Part shown: piece after piece, positions 12,901 through 26,295 of the stretch
Layout: the number at the start of each line of letters is the position of its first letter
Numbering within the stretch: the stretch's first letter is position 1
Assembly (NCBI RefSeq): GCF_032191835.1
Contig: NC_083235.1
Location: forward strand, 62,558,001 to 62,622,000
Direction of reading: 5' to 3'
DNA: 64,000 nucleotides
Source: Heteronotia binoei
Taxonomy: Eukaryota
Notes under the pieces: model-generated
The model's input: only the letters and a program-made list of their open reading frames with translations
What the model was told of the DNA's origin: nothing
The model's database searches: none
Translations under genes and position numbers: made by a program

Positions 12901-14224
12901 GAGCGTGAAGGGGATGCATCCTTCTTTCTGTTCGAGAGTAGTCAACAAAAGAAAGGCAGGCTTGTAGATTTGGCGCCCGCCAGAAACTCAGGTTCTGATC
13001 AGGTCCAGATTGGGTAGCTATGTGAGTCTGTTCTAGCAATGGAATAAAATAGGAGGCCAGGGAGGNNNNNNNNNNNNNNNNNNNNNNNNNNNNNNNNNNN
13101 NNNNNNNNNNNNNNNNNNNNNNNNNNNNNNNNNNNNNNNNNNNNNNNNNNNNNNNNNNNNNNNNNNNNNNNNNNNNNNNNNNNNNNNNNNNNNNNNNNNN
13201 NNNNNNNNNNNNTCCAGTATAAGCATCCTTGAATCAGAACACATTAAACTCACTGATGAAGTCCTCCCAAACACTTATTCCTGCATACATGTTGTTAGCC
13301 TTTAAGGTTGCACCGGACTTCTGGTTTAAGTCCCGATCAAGCGTCCTACTGACTGGCTCACTCAACCGTCTGGTTCCATAGATTAGCCTGGGTGATGAAA
13401 GATTCGATTCTACCAAGAAGGCAAATGCTGTAAGGATATGTTGCAGTACTGACAGCAATAGACGGGAACAGAGGCTACAAGACTAAAGCAGGGATCGCTT
13501 TCCCGTCACACATTGTAGGACCAGAACATGTTTTTGCATCTGGGGTTACATCCGAAACAGTGAGTGGAAACTAGTAGTGGCCAGGCAGAGATAGCCTAGA
13601 GGAGGGGATGGAGATGACAACAAGCAGCTGGTGGCAGAAGATAAAGCCAGAGTAAATGTCTAATGGCCATTGGTGGAAGGCTGTCCTTCATGAATTTGTC
13701 TCACTTCCTTTCTATGGGGAAATTCTCAAGGACCCAAATGAGGGGTTCAATGGAGACGGTTTACTTCAGCAGAAAGTTATTACTTAGTTCAAACTACACA
13801 GAATGTCCAGACATTGAAAACAAGTTCTCTGAAGATCTAATGTACAAGCAAATGGCGGTCACTGTTACATCTTGTGGCAGCAGATTCTACACAATAACTT
13901 TTGTGGGAATATACTGCCTATCAATTTTACTGAGCAAACTCAAGTTCTTGTATTATAAAAGAGGGGGGAATCTATCCACCTATACCACACACAATCTTGA
14001 TCTATACACAATTTTGTAAACCTTTGCCATATCCTGCCGTAGTCTTTTTTTCTAAACTAAAACACTTCAACCTCTTTGTATGTGTAAAAGTCACAGCTGA
14101 TTTACAGCAACCCCAGCAAGGCAAGTGAGAAGCAGAGGTGGTTTGCCATGCCTTCTTTGCAGAGTCTTCCTTGATGGTCTCCCTTCCAAGTACTGACCCT
14201 GCTTAACTTCCAACATCTGAACAT

Positions 14225-14407
14225 ATCAGACCCTCAAAGGTCCATCAAAGTCAGTATTGTCTTCTCAGACTGGCAGCGGCTCTCCAGGGTCTCAAGCTGA
14301 GGTTTTTCACACCTCTTTGCCTGGACCCTTTTTTTGGAGATGCCGGGGATTGAACCTGGGACCTTCTGCTTCCCAAGCAGATGCTCTACCACTGAGCCAC
14401 CATCCCT
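14225..14407 (-). mobile_element. tRNA-derived ~210-bp SINE (Squam2-like)
   Basis: Reverse complement of the unit repeated at 59655-60288. Confidence 0.8.
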
Positions 14408-17245
14408 TACAAGATCAGGCTATACTATGCTGCCTTCCCTGTCTCCAACCCCTTTAGCTTTTCCTCAAAATGAAGAAACTCATACCCTTTGATGACTTCA
14501 CATGCTCTTGGCTGCACTTTTCCCAGCTTTGTGATATCCTTTTGGAGATCGGATCAGAAATATACATCACTATATCTGATTCTGATCATGGCTCCAGAGT
14601 GCAGATCAATCTGCATGATGGAGCCATGTACGGATAGGGTCCCTGCATTACAATCCTGGTGGAACAGCTAGGTTTGCAGAAAGTCCCCAAAATTAAAAAG
14701 AGGTTTTTATTAAATCCAAATTCACAATGTAAAGGGGGGGGGGAATATCTCAGATCCTGGGATGCAACATCACTACTTCTGTTGACATTTTGTGGATCGC
14801 TTAGCAATCTCAAAAATAATGTTGAAGCTGCCCTGCTAGGAAAAGGGTAATTAAGGCAGTGGTGGCCAGGGAAGGGCAAAAGAGAGAAATACAGTGGAAG
14901 AAACATCGAAGGAAGGAGGAGGTGATGGAAGGTGAGGTGAAGAAAGGTATGGGTGAAGAGACAGAAAAAAGCAGAAGGAAGCAAGACCATCCAGGGGAGG
15001 CATAGAATTTTCCCTTGACAGTTCTCACAGGTCCCTGCCTGCAGTACATTAAAAGTGACTACACTGTAGGTATATATAAAGTCAATGTGATGTTGGCTGT
15101 GTTATCAGTCCTTCTCTTAACACACCCTAATAGGGAATTTAATTTGGTGTTATTTGCAAACTTGGCCATTTCACTGCTTGTGGTGGAACAGGTCCTTTCT
15201 GGCCTGCAGGCCCCATTCCACACTACCCACCAAGATTTTCCCCAACACCTAGAGAGGCATTTCTTTCTCTCTTGGAAAACCTACTGCTGCCATCTGACCT
15301 TTGCGGAGTGTCAGAACTCCCAGCTTCCAAGTTCTGAAACCTTGCTTCTGTGTCTCCCGCTGCCCAGTGCCTGGTCACCATGGGAACAGTTTACTGCCTT
15401 GTGCGCTGCCCCTGACAGGATAGCCACTTCCCAACTGCTAGCTATACTCGGGTGCTCTTTTTAAAATAGTGTATCCAAGATGGCTGGGGTCTATGATACA
15501 GAGTAACACTACCAGCATCAAAAGTTATGAAATATTTATTAAAAATAAAATGTTCACAAGCATACTTTTAGCACAGCACCAGATTGAGCAAGGGGTTCAA
15601 AAGAAATGGGTAAAATGGAAATCTTCTGTCCCTGTCTCTATAAATGCTCTCAGTTGTTAGACTATAGGACATGCTCCTCAGCTTAGAAAGTTACAAAACT
15701 CTAAAGAGTTACCTTTACCTTGAAGCTTTCTGTAGCTCTCCCATCCAGCACATGATCAAAGGCTGCTTCCTCCGGACCTCAGTTAAGAGTTCTGACTGCT
15801 CTGATGGACTCAGCACCATAAGAGAGCTTCCTTCACACTCCCCTGAGTTTTATCACCTCCCTTTTCCCCACCCACTGGCCAGGTCAGGCTGGATCAGAAA
15901 AGTTTTTCCTGAAGTTGCCAGAAATTTTCTTCCTGAAGTCCCTCTAGTATTTAGTTCCTCCAAATCTCTGTTCCCTGCTTGGGGAAGGGGGAGAGCTTGA
16001 CCCACCCATTATCTCTTCCGCTAGATCTATTAGCATTTGAATGAAGGTGGGCTGAGGTATGTTAAAAAAGCAATTGAACTGACCTCCCCCTTTCCTGCCA
16101 GCTCTCTGCCCAGAGAGAAAAGAAAAACTTTTAAAATTCAGAGTAAAGGTTATGCTCATTTCCAACCTCCAAAGAAAAAATGCATTTCTTCACATTGACC
16201 ATTCCTGATTCCAGGTCATTTAAGATCATGTACGAAGCATGACACTGAATCACTTCTCCACTCCAATAATGCAAATCCCAAATAACACCTTCAATAGGGG
16301 TGGAATGGTCACAGTGCTTCCTAACAGCGTCACTGGGACATATTGGGCATACAGAAAGGACACCAGCATACAACAGAAAGGTACAAAGCAGTACAATGAA
16401 TACAAAGATGTTTGCATGATGACAAGTAATTCAGACCCTGAATTTATGCCACATTATTTATTAATTCACACTTTTAACATCTAGATTAACCTGCATCTGT
16501 TTTGGTAGTCTCACCAGCAAGCCTGTAGCCAGGATTTCTGGAGGGGTGGGGCTCAAAAAGAGTCAAGGGGCACCATTGGCAGAGTGGAGCTCAAGACACA
16601 GTGCCACATCACCAATGACCCAGCCAGCCTTCAGCCAAACTGCCCCCCGAACCTTCCTCTTCCTCCTTCCATCCCCTTCAGCCTTTGGACAGCACCCTGC
16701 TCTGCAAAGGCAACTCTGGCTTTTTCCAAAGCTCCACCAGCTCCCCCCCTGCCAGCTGGGCACCCCATACTCTGCAGCAGAAGCACAAGTGGCGGCAGGA
16801 GCAAGGGTAAGCTGCTGCAGGGCAAGCTGTGCAGCGACGGGAAGCTGCCGCCACAGCACAGCCTAGCCCCATGAGTCTGGCCAGCAAGCCCCGAATGGCA
16901 GTGGCAGGCTCCAAGAAGCTGCTACTCCTGCGCAGCCTAGCCCCAGGAACCCAGCAGCGGCTGCTGGAAGAAAGCTTCAGCCTGGCAATGGGTCGGGGGC
17001 CCTTGGCCGGAAGTCAGGTGCAGAGTGCTCCCCAAGCTACAGACCTGCTCGCCATTCATTTACTTGCTTCCTTCTCGTGATGAGACTGAATTAAGATTTG
17101 TGGAAACACATTTGCAGAGTGTATGTTCCCCTTGCAACAGAACACTGGAACAATTGATTAATAACTAGGTTTATGTGCAAACTAAGCAAATTATATTTTA
17201 GGGCTGCAGATTATGAAGGAACTCTAATACAACTCCCCCTAAATC

Positions 17246-17531
17246 GCTACGAAGAAGAAGAAGAAGATATTGGATTTATATCCCGCCCTCCACTCCGAAG
17301 AGTCTCAGAGCGGCTCACAATCTCCTTTCCCTTCCTCCCCCACAACAGACACCCTGTGAGGTGGGTGGGGCTGGAGAGGGCTCTCACAGCAGCTGCCCTT
17401 TCAAGGACAACCTCTGCCAGAGCTCTGGCTAACCCAAGGCCATTCCAGCAGGTGCAAGTGGAGGCATGGGGAATCAAACCCGGTTCTCCCAGATAAGAGT
17501 CCGCACACTTAACCACTACACCAAACTGGCT
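17246..17531 (-). mobile_element. tRNA-derived ~280-bp SINE with (TTC)n tail (Squam3-like)
   Basis: Reverse complement of the 20259-20542 copy; A/B-box head. Confidence 0.8.
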
Positions 17532-17667
17532 ATGGGGCCTCTTAAAGTTGACACTGATCAAGGCCCCAGCGTGTCTTAATCCAGCCCTAAATTTATGATA
17601 TTTGGCTAGACTAAGTACCTGACATGTATATACAACAACAACAATTACCTTTATTGGCATGATATCA

Positions 17668-17670
<3 letters not shown>

Positions 17671-17746
<76 letters not shown>
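17671..17746. repeat. (TA)n microsatellite
   Basis: About 38 TA units. Confidence 0.95.
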
Positions 17747-17750
<4 letters not shown>

Positions 17751-17821
17751 GTATATAGAATGTAGAAATGTATATAGAAATTTTGGCTTGAAGCAGTGAC
17801 TTGAAACTTGGAGTAACATAG

Positions 17822-17962
<141 letters not shown>

Positions 17963-18785
17963 TGAGTATTTGGAGATCAACCATAGGTTCGAATACATAT
18001 TTGTGAGTTAAGATGCATTCTAAACTGTGGTTTGTAAAACACAGATTTGGGGATTTTGATATTCTGGATGTTGGATAGATTGGACTCCCAAGGACCACTT
18101 CAACCGCGACAGAGATAGCACATGAAAGAAACTGTGTGTCTGCCCATGTGAAAATCATCACAAGTTATAACACATGCAGGAACATACATGGTTGTACACG
18201 CAGCAAAAAATAAGCACTTACATGGCCATCACTCAAGATTATCTACATGGGAACTGCATGAAATAATGCTGTGATATGAAATAGTCCTAACTATGTTATG
18301 TTATAGAACTTTTATAGATTGTATTCTAGGCCAACCACAGTTTTGCTGTGAATAGATCAGTTCACTCCCGTTACCTCTTTAAATGTGCTTTAACTGTTGT
18401 TTCTGCTCACACAGTTGGAATGGCCAACGTGTAGGGAAGAGAGTGAGTTTCAAATTTCATGTTTGTGTCTACCCTTGCGCATGCTGTTGTATAGTTTTAT
18501 GGAATGGAATGCACAAATTAACAAAATATGTGTAAATTCTGAATAAATTAGGAAGGAGGAGACCCAATTTACTATATTTCAGCCTCTGCCTATACAAAAG
18601 TTGCTTGTGTTCAGGTTTAAATAAGAAAAGTGATTGAGAACTTTCAAGGTGCTTACTGATTAAGACAACAGAACTGGAGAGTGGGAATTATTAATAGTTA
18701 AAATCTAGAATGAAATTACCTTAAGAATATAACATGGAGGTGGGATGGAATGTTTGGGTTTCTGAAAGGAGCAATTTCCCACCAG

Positions 18786-18903
18786 GTTTGATAATTATTC
18801 TGCCAATGTCATGGTGGATGGAAAACCAGTAAATCTGGGGCTGTGGGATACAGCAGGACAAGAGGACTATGACAGACTGCGACCTCTTTCCTACCCACAG
18901 ACA
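18786..18903 (+). CDS. RAC3: RAC3 exon 3 ([39 protein letters not shown])
   Basis: ccag| acceptor, |gtaagt donor, 118 bp. Confidence 0.97.
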
Positions 18904-19608
18904 GTAAGTGCTGTTTTTTGAGCAATGTTTGATTGTATTCCCTTTCAGAGAAGGTCCCCCAAGTTCCTGTCCACAGAAGTAGGCAGCAGCTCTGTATATT
19001 TTGCTGTGTATTTTTCATTTCTGAAAAGAGAATGCCTGAATTAAGAGTATAAAAGAGCTCTGTTAGATCTAGTCTAGCATCTTGTTTCCCACAGCGGCTA
19101 TCAGATGACCCTGGGAAGCCCATAACGCATGAAAGCCTTATTTCCCTCCTTTCCACTACTCCAGAAGTAGCTGATGCTTATGGCCTTTAAATGTGAAAGA
19201 AACATTTACCCATTTCCATTGTGCAGAAATACGTTCCATGACGGTGTTTAATTCCCCCTTTAAAGCCATCTATTTAAAGGCCATCACTACATTTTATGAG
19301 GAAATTATGAGCTGTGTGAACTACTTTATCCTCTCTGTTCTTCGGCCAGTCAATTTCTCATTGACCCCGAGTTCTAGTATTATGGAACAGAGATGTGGCC
19401 ATCTTGCAACCTAAGCCTGTATCATATATTCTTTTTGTGGAATCCGGTACTTATGGTAGTAGTAAATGTTGGGATCTAAAGGGTGGAGAATGGTGAATGG
19501 GATTATTCTAGTGGGAGAAACCAATGATCTGCAATAGCATAAGTGGTTCCGTATACTATTACTTGTAGAGGCATACATCACCCTTATTTTACCCTTCCCA
19601 TGTAATAA

Positions 19609-19758
<150 letters not shown>

Positions 19759-19981
19759 TAGCCAGCATTATGCCTTCTGTACTCACTAAAGCATACATGT
19801 AATGCTTCTAGTATACGATGAAAGTAAGTGTGGTGCAAACAATATAGCAGCGTCAGTCCCTCCCTTTGAAGTCTTCTGACGCAGGTTAGATAAAGGGCCA
19901 GAAATGGCCACTATCCCAGATACCGCTCTCCCCCCCCAGTGACACCAAGCAAGAAAGTTTACTTTTGTCTCCAATTTTTAG

Positions 19982-20155
<174 letters not shown>

Positions 20156-20258
20156 TAGGGCTACAGGAAGGGACAGAGAGATGTGAAGTGGAAACGATTT
20201 CCTCCTCCTTTACGAGGCATTGAAACAAAAAACCAGTGGTCCTGATTCTGATGGCACT

Positions 20259-20542
20259 AGAGCCAGTTTGGTGTAGTGGTTAAGTGTGCGGACTCTTATC
20301 TGGGAGAACCGGGTTTGATTCCCCACTCCTCCACTTGCACCTGCTGGAATGGCCTTGGGTCAGCCATAGCTCTGGCAGAGGTTGTCCTTGAAAGGGCAGC
20401 TGCTGTGAGAGCCCTCTCCAGCCCCACCCACCTCACAGGGTGTCTGTTGTGAGGGGAGAAGACATAGGAGATTGTAAGCCGCTCTGAGTCTCTGATTCAG
20501 GGAGAAGGGCGGGATATAAATCTGCAATTCTTCTTCTTCTTC
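20259..20542 (+). mobile_element. Squam3-like SINE in RAC3 intron 5
   Basis: agccagtttggtgtagtggttaag...gggtttgattcccc head and ttcttcttc tail. Confidence 0.8.
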
Positions 20543-20608
20543 ACCGGAGGGTGAGGGAGAGAAATCACGTCTCCACACTAAATTGTGCTATCCCTTCCCT
20601 TTCTGTAG

Positions 20609-20739
20609 GTTCAGTGAAATATCTAGAATGCTCCGCCCTTACACAGCGAGGCCTCAAGACTGTCTTTGATGAAGCCATCCGTGCTGTGCTTTGTCCCCCA
20701 CCTGTGAAGAAGCCTGGCAAGAAATGCACTGTGTTCTAA
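20609..20739 (+). CDS. RAC3: RAC3 exon 6 ([43 protein letters not shown])
   Basis: ctgtag| acceptor. The hypervariable tail [10 protein letters not shown] with CAAX box is diagnostic of RAC3 (RAC1 ends KKRKRKCLLL). Confidence 0.97.
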
Positions 20740-21450
20740 GGGCATATGAGTTCAGCACGTTAATGAGTGTCTTCTCCTTGTGCGTTCGAGGAGGGAGCAT
20801 TCTCTGGGTGTTCCCGCAAAGGGAGAGGCGGGGCCCTTCATCATGTACGAAGTCAGTGTTTTTTAAATGTCTCTTTGATTTAACGTCTGTGTCAATGTAA
20901 AAAGGGCCGCATGGGAGAAAGAAGAGATTGATGCTGTCCCACCCCAGGGTGCAACAGTGGGAGGGGCATGCTCTCCATGACTCCATGCCAGGGGGTAGCG
21001 TGTGAATGGAAAGAGCAGCCCTTTATACTACTTCAGTTGGTGCTAAAGCACTGTGGTGGGGATGGAAAGACAAATGAGACACAGGTTGAAGGAACATCCA
21101 TTAGTGCAAGACACTAGCTAAGCAGCTTTAGATGGCACGGAGCTGTCTTTACCTTCCAGGGCATCAGCTTGTGAGCTGCTCCGGAGCTGGTTTACTGACC
21201 ATCAGCCCACCCAAATATGGGGAGGAGGAAAGTCGCTTTACCTTGCCCTGTCTGGGCAGGACCGGGCTGTGTGGCAGGAGCCTAAGATGAAAAAGGAAGC
21301 AGGCGGGAGGGTGATGGCCAATCCCTTCCTTTGGTCAGTTGCAATGGATTGGGGATGGAGCAGGGAGAGCTTTGGAGGAGTCAGGGTGGAAACAGGTCCA
21401 GTTTTTAATCATCGTGTAGAGTGATGAGCCAAACACTTCTTATTTTATAC

Positions 21451-21456
21451 AATAAA
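21451..21456 (+). terminator. Probable RAC3 polyadenylation signal AATAAA
   Basis: Canonical hexamer about 710 nt after the RAC3 stop, in AT-rich context. Confidence 0.6.
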
Positions 21457-21639
21457 ACATTTCTCCATAAGTAAGGAGTCATGATTTGTTTAGGACCAGT
21501 AGGGGAAGGAAGGGGCATCTGTATTATGTACTCATTCCAGAGGTCCTGGTAGTGGATCAGTTTCTTTATAACTCCTTTAGGGTGGCTAGATAATCAACTG
21601 AGATCACAGTTCCGTAGGGAATGGAGCATACGCTGTGCT

Positions 21640-21743
21640 TTAACTGACAAGGAATCCCCCATCAACTGGCAGCACGACACCTGTCGTCATGTTGCTTTGG
21701 TCGCTCAGCAGGAAGAGGATGCTGTTCACCACATCAGCCACCT
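21640..21743 (-). CDS. DCXR: DCXR exon 8 ([34 protein letters not shown])
   Basis: tacag| acceptor; TAA at 21642-21640. Confidence 0.95.
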
Positions 21744-21866
21744 CTGTAAAGAGAGATGCACCAAGGGCAACTGAGAGCGATTCTAAAGACAATCATAGCA
21801 GCCTAATCCTCTTGACTTCAGACAGACAGAAACTCCCCCCTCGTCAAACAAAATTGCACTTCCCAT

Positions 21867-22399
21867 TAGGGTTGCCAATTCCAATTTAAGAAATATATGG
21901 GGACTTTGGGGGTGGAGCCAGGAGACTTTGGGGGTGGAGCCAGGAGACATTAGGGGTGGAGCCAAGATCAAGGCTGTGACAAGCAGAATTGAACGCCAAA
22001 GGGAGTTCGGGCCATCACATTCAAAGGGATGGCACACCTTTTCAATGCCTTCCTTCCATAGGAAATAATGAAGGATAGGGGCACCTTATTTTGGGGCTCA
22101 TAGAATTGGACCCCCTGGTCCAATCTTTTTGAAACTTGGGGGATATTTTGGGAAGAGGCACTAGATGCTGTACTGAAAATTTGGTGCCTCTACCTCAAAA
22201 AACAGCCCCCCCCCAGAGCCCCAGTTACCTGCGGATCAATTCTCCATGATTTTCTATGGGAATAAATCTCCATAGGAAATAATAGTGTACCCAGCAGACA
22301 TTTCCCTCCCCTCCCCCTGCTTTCTGACGACCTTGAAGCGGGGGGGAGGGCCTCCAAACCAGGGGATCCCCTGCCCCCACCTGGGGATTGGCAACCCTA
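21867..22399. mobile_element. hAT MITE with TAGGGTTGCC TIRs in DCXR intron 7
   Basis: TIR tagggttgcc...ggcaacccta; exact 8-bp TSD cttcccat; internal 20-bp G-rich repeats. Confidence 0.88.
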
Positions 22400-22672
22400 C
22401 TTCCCATGCTCACTCACACTGACTCAGCACTTCTCCCCGTATCGGTTTTCATCTCTGGGAAAGCACAACCTCAGTGTAAGAGTCCCACACATTGCTGGCG
22501 CTGCACACACCAAGCACAACAACAGTCTTGCATTCCTCCCCAGCTCTGCAGAATATCATTTAAAGAGGACTGCTATGAAGGAGTTGAGTCCTTTCTTTTT
22601 ACCAGGCACCTACAACTACACAAGCCCACCTCACTCATTCACAAACAGAAGCAACCTTGGGCTCCAACTGAC

Positions 22673-22790
22673 CTGCAAACTTCCCCAATGGGATACGGCT
22701 TGTCATAGCTGCAGCCTTCTGGGGATCACTCCAATTGTGGCGTCCCATCTCAGTCAGGACAACAGTCGGGTTAACACTGTTTACCCGGAT
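22673..22790 (-). CDS. DCXR: DCXR exon 7 ([39 protein letters not shown])
   Basis: tcaag| acceptor, |gtcagt donor, 118 bp. Confidence 0.95.
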
Positions 22791-22842
22791 CTTGAAGCAC
22801 AAACAAGGCAGGGGGCAGTGAATGCAGGTTTAGATCAAGTGA

Positions 22843-23532
22843 AGTGATGGTATCACATTACTCTGCTTTGGTTAGACCTCACCTAGAGTATTGTATTCAG
22901 TTTTGGGCACCACAATTTAAGGATATAGATAAGCTGGAATGTCCAGAGGAGGGCAGCGAAAATGGTGAGGCGTCTGGAGACCAGGTACTATGAGGAAAGG
23001 CTGAAGGAGCTGGGTATATAGACGATGGTATGGAGTTTTCTGTTGCCCCAGGAGGTCGGACCAGAACCAATGGGTTGAAATTAAATCAAATGAGTTTTCA
23101 ACTAAACACCAGGAAGAACTTTCTGACAGTTAAAGTGGTTCCTCAATGGAATGGGGTTCCTTGGGAGGGGGTGGGCTCTCCTTCTTTGGAGGTTTTTAAA
23201 CAGATGCTAGATGGCCATCTGACAGCAATACTGATTCTGTGAACTTAGGCAGATCATGAGGAGGGCAGGAAGGGTTGCATTGCACCAGTGCTTAGTTCTC
23301 GTGGCCCCCTCTTACATGCCCAAGGAAATGCTGTTTGCCACTCTGAGGTCTCCGGGCCAGTTTTGCCAGGAGTTTTTTCTTTTCTTTCTTGCCATCTTCT
23401 GGGCTTGGAGCAGGGGTCACTGGGTGTGTGTATGGGGCGGGGTGGAGAAGGTACTTGTGGATTTCCTGCATTGTGCAGGGGGTTGGACTAGATGACTGTG
23501 GAGATCCCTTCCAACTCTACAATTCTGTGATA
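22843..23532 (+). mobile_element. CR1 LINE 3' fragment
   Basis: RT C-terminal coding remnant (agacctcacctagagtattg) and CR1-type 3' end (ggttggactagatgac...ttccaactct...attct). Confidence 0.75.
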
Positions 23533-23831
23533 TGTTTTGGCGATTTCACTCGTCTCCTCCTACAGCTTGATTACAAACAGGATCGCAGTCCAACACTAAT
23601 CTCTGCAGTGTTGGGGTTTTCACCCTCCACTTGGCCCATGAAGATGTCTGTGACTCAGAATCCCATTGTGCTGTCACCAGAGACAGATTCCCACTCAGTT
23701 TGCATCTTCAGCCTAGACACACATATATACCTTGTTTTAATATTACCCTGTCCTGACTGCCCATATCACTGACCAGGCATTGCAGGTCCCATGTATCTAC
23801 CTTGCTCTTTCCATTAGGATTAAGTTCGTAC

Positions 23832-23896
23832 CTTGTGAGGCCCCAGCTCCTGAGCCATTGTTTTGGTCAGCATGTCCAAGGCACTCTTGGTGGAAC
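23832..23896 (-). CDS. DCXR: DCXR exon 6 (C STKSALDMLTKTMAQELGPHK)
   Basis: gaag| acceptor, |gtacga donor, 65 bp; completes the YxxxK motif (YCSTK). Confidence 0.94.
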
Positions 23897-24035
23897 CTTC
23901 AGTAAACAGAAGATTTTAATGTATCAGGCCTCTGCCTTCTCCTTCCTTCCCCACACTTCATAACAGATTGCCTTGAATAAGCATAGCTTGAGTCTAGATT
24001 CTCACTGCAACTGATCTGAAAACCATTAGGAGTTA

Positions 24036-24236
24036 TGAAGCTGCCTTATACTGAATCAGACCCTCGGTCCATCAAAGTCAGTATTGTCTTCTCAGACTGG
24101 CAGCGGCTCTCCAGGGTCTCAAGCTGAGGTTTTTCACGCCTACTTGCCTGGACCCTTTTTTGGAGATGCCAGGGATTGAACCTGGGACCTTCTGCTTCCC
24201 AAGCAGATGCTCTACCACTGAGCCACCGTCCCTCCC
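24036..24236 (-). mobile_element. Squam2-like SINE
   Basis: Same family as 59655-60288, reverse strand. Confidence 0.8.
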
Positions 24237-24310
24237 CGATTGAGATCCTATGTTTCCACCTGTGTTTCAGGTGGAAGGACAACACAGGACAGCTTGAGAG
24301 TTATACTCAC

Positions 24311-24410
24311 AGTATACTGTGTGACAGAGCAAAGCCCTCTGTGAGGCCTGGCTTGAGACATTCACTATTGCACCTGGAGCTCCTCGAGCAATTAGCTTCC
24401 GAGCGACAAT
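24311..24410 (-). CDS. DCXR: DCXR exon 5 ([33 protein letters not shown])
   Basis: ttcag| acceptor, |gtgagt donor, 100 bp; contains the catalytic Ser (VSS) and Tyr. Confidence 0.95.
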
Positions 24411-25139
24411 CTGAAATGTGTGATGTTGGAGAAGGGGATGGAACATTGTAGCTTGGGCTAGGATGGCAGCACTATGCCAGAATATATTTTAGCCCACAGA
24501 GGAAAACTGAAATAGAAGAATTAAAATGAGCACCAGACTTGAGTAAACAAGGAACAGCCTGGTCTCAATTATACATGCACACCAGTGTGGTGTAGTGGTC
24601 AAGAGTAGCAGACTCTTATCTGGAGAACTAGATTTGATTCCACACTCCATATGGAAGCAACAAAAGCAAGACAAAAAAAGGGGGTGGGGGGAGACTTCAG
24701 CCTAGGAGGACCAGGTAACTGAGAAGGTTGATACCAGGCCTAATAACAAAATAAATAATAATGTGTTTTTATATATTAAATGAGTAGAACTTTAATACAT
24801 AGCAAATAGTAAACATTTTTGTTAAAACCAAATGTGTTTTGGCCAAATGGTCTTCCTCTGGATAGTTAAACACACACCATAAAGTACAATTAATCACACA
24901 TCATTTCTGATCTGAGCCTAAAAGCACAATAAATAAGGACAATTTATTAACTGAAGAAGTTCCTCTTAATTTTTAGGATACACCAGGACCCTCAAAAGTC
25001 ATTTTTAAATTGAAGATGTTCCTGGTCCAAAACTCTGTATACTCAAGGTCAGAGAGTAATTCATGACTTTATGGTGTATACATCCACATGCAAGAAGCAA
25101 TTTAAAAATGAATTTTTAACAAAAAATTACACACACACA

Positions 25140-25480
25140 AGACAAGCCTTTATTGGCATATATAGAAATATAAAATAGAAGGTCGGGCAGGTTACAGATT
25201 AGGAGAATACAAAATCCATACAGAATAAAATTAGGATTACAAGATAAAAACAAAGTAGCAACATAGTAAAACCTGATACATAGTACTACTTATCAGGACA
25301 AGTAACCATAGCTCTATAAAGAAACTTTGCTACTAATTCAGTTATTTCCAAATCAGAATTAGCAAGCAAAAAAAAAGAACCTTAAAATCATCAGAGGTCT
25401 TTAAAATTTGGGCCAATATGGGATATAAAAGAAAATTACTATTTGCTATGTATTAAAATTTTGCTAATTTAATATATGCA
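25140..25480 (-). mobile_element. LINE 3' end fragment, family uncertain
   Basis: The minus strand encodes FLLANSDLEITELVAKFLYRAM, followed by a ...gccaataaagg tail typical of non-LTR 3' ends. Confidence 0.45.
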
Positions 25481-25787
25481 AACCCATTATTATTTATTTA
25501 ATTCCCCCCCTCCTCCACACGAAGCCTGCCGAGTGAACCTGGACCAGCCACAGTTCTCTCTAAACTCTCTCAGCCTCACCTACCTCACAAGGTGCCTGTT
25601 GTGGGGAGAGGAAGGGGACTGTTAATCACTTTCAGACTCCTTACAGTAGAGAAAAGCCTGGGGTATATAACCAATGCTTCTTCTTCACAACTATAAGTCT
25701 TCATAGAGGCTACAATACCAGCCTAATCACTTAACAAAATCACTCTCACTTGGTTGCCTACATCCTAGAAGAATGAAATCATATAAA

Positions 25788-26206
25788 CACATGAAGCTGC
25801 CTTATACTGAATCAGACCCTTGGTCCATCAAAGTCAGTATTGTCTTCTCAGACTGGCAGCGGCTCTCCAGGGTCTCAAGCTGAGGTTTCTCACACCTATT
25901 TGCCTGGACCCTTTTTAGTTGGAGATGCCGGGGATTGAACCTGGGACCTTCTGCTTCCCAAGCGGATGCTCTACCACTGAGCCACCGTCCCTCCCCATGA
26001 ACATATGAAGCTGCCTTATACTGAATCAGACCCTTGGTACATCAAAGTCAGTATTGTCTTCTCAGACTGGCAGCGGCTCTCCAGGGTCTCAAGCTGAGGT
26101 TTTTCACACCTATTTGCCTGGACCCTTTTTTTGGAGATGTCAGGGATTGAACCTGGGACCTTCTGCTTCCCAAGCAGATGCTCTACCACTGAGCCACCAT
26201 CCCTCC
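25788..26206 (-). mobile_element. Head-to-tail dimer of Squam2-like SINE
   Basis: Two full units joined at 25996/25997 (ctcccc|atgaacatatg). Confidence 0.85.
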
Positions 26207-26252
26207 TGCTTAGGTTTAACACTGCTCTCCTGATACCACTACCTCTTCTTAC

Positions 26253-26295
26253 CTGGGAGATCTGCAGGGCAGCCCGAAGGTTGACATTGAAAGAC
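26253..26295 (-). CDS. DCXR: DCXR exon 4 (SFNVNLRAALQISQ)
   Basis: tacag| acceptor, |gtaaga donor, 43 bp. Confidence 0.94.

Noticed and set aside
13213-13330. ctgatgaag plus a PLE-like tail next to the assembly gap (similar tail at 42136-42260)
   Set aside because: Only one half of the hammerhead core is present in each case and no helix II can be formed; recorded as PLE debris only.
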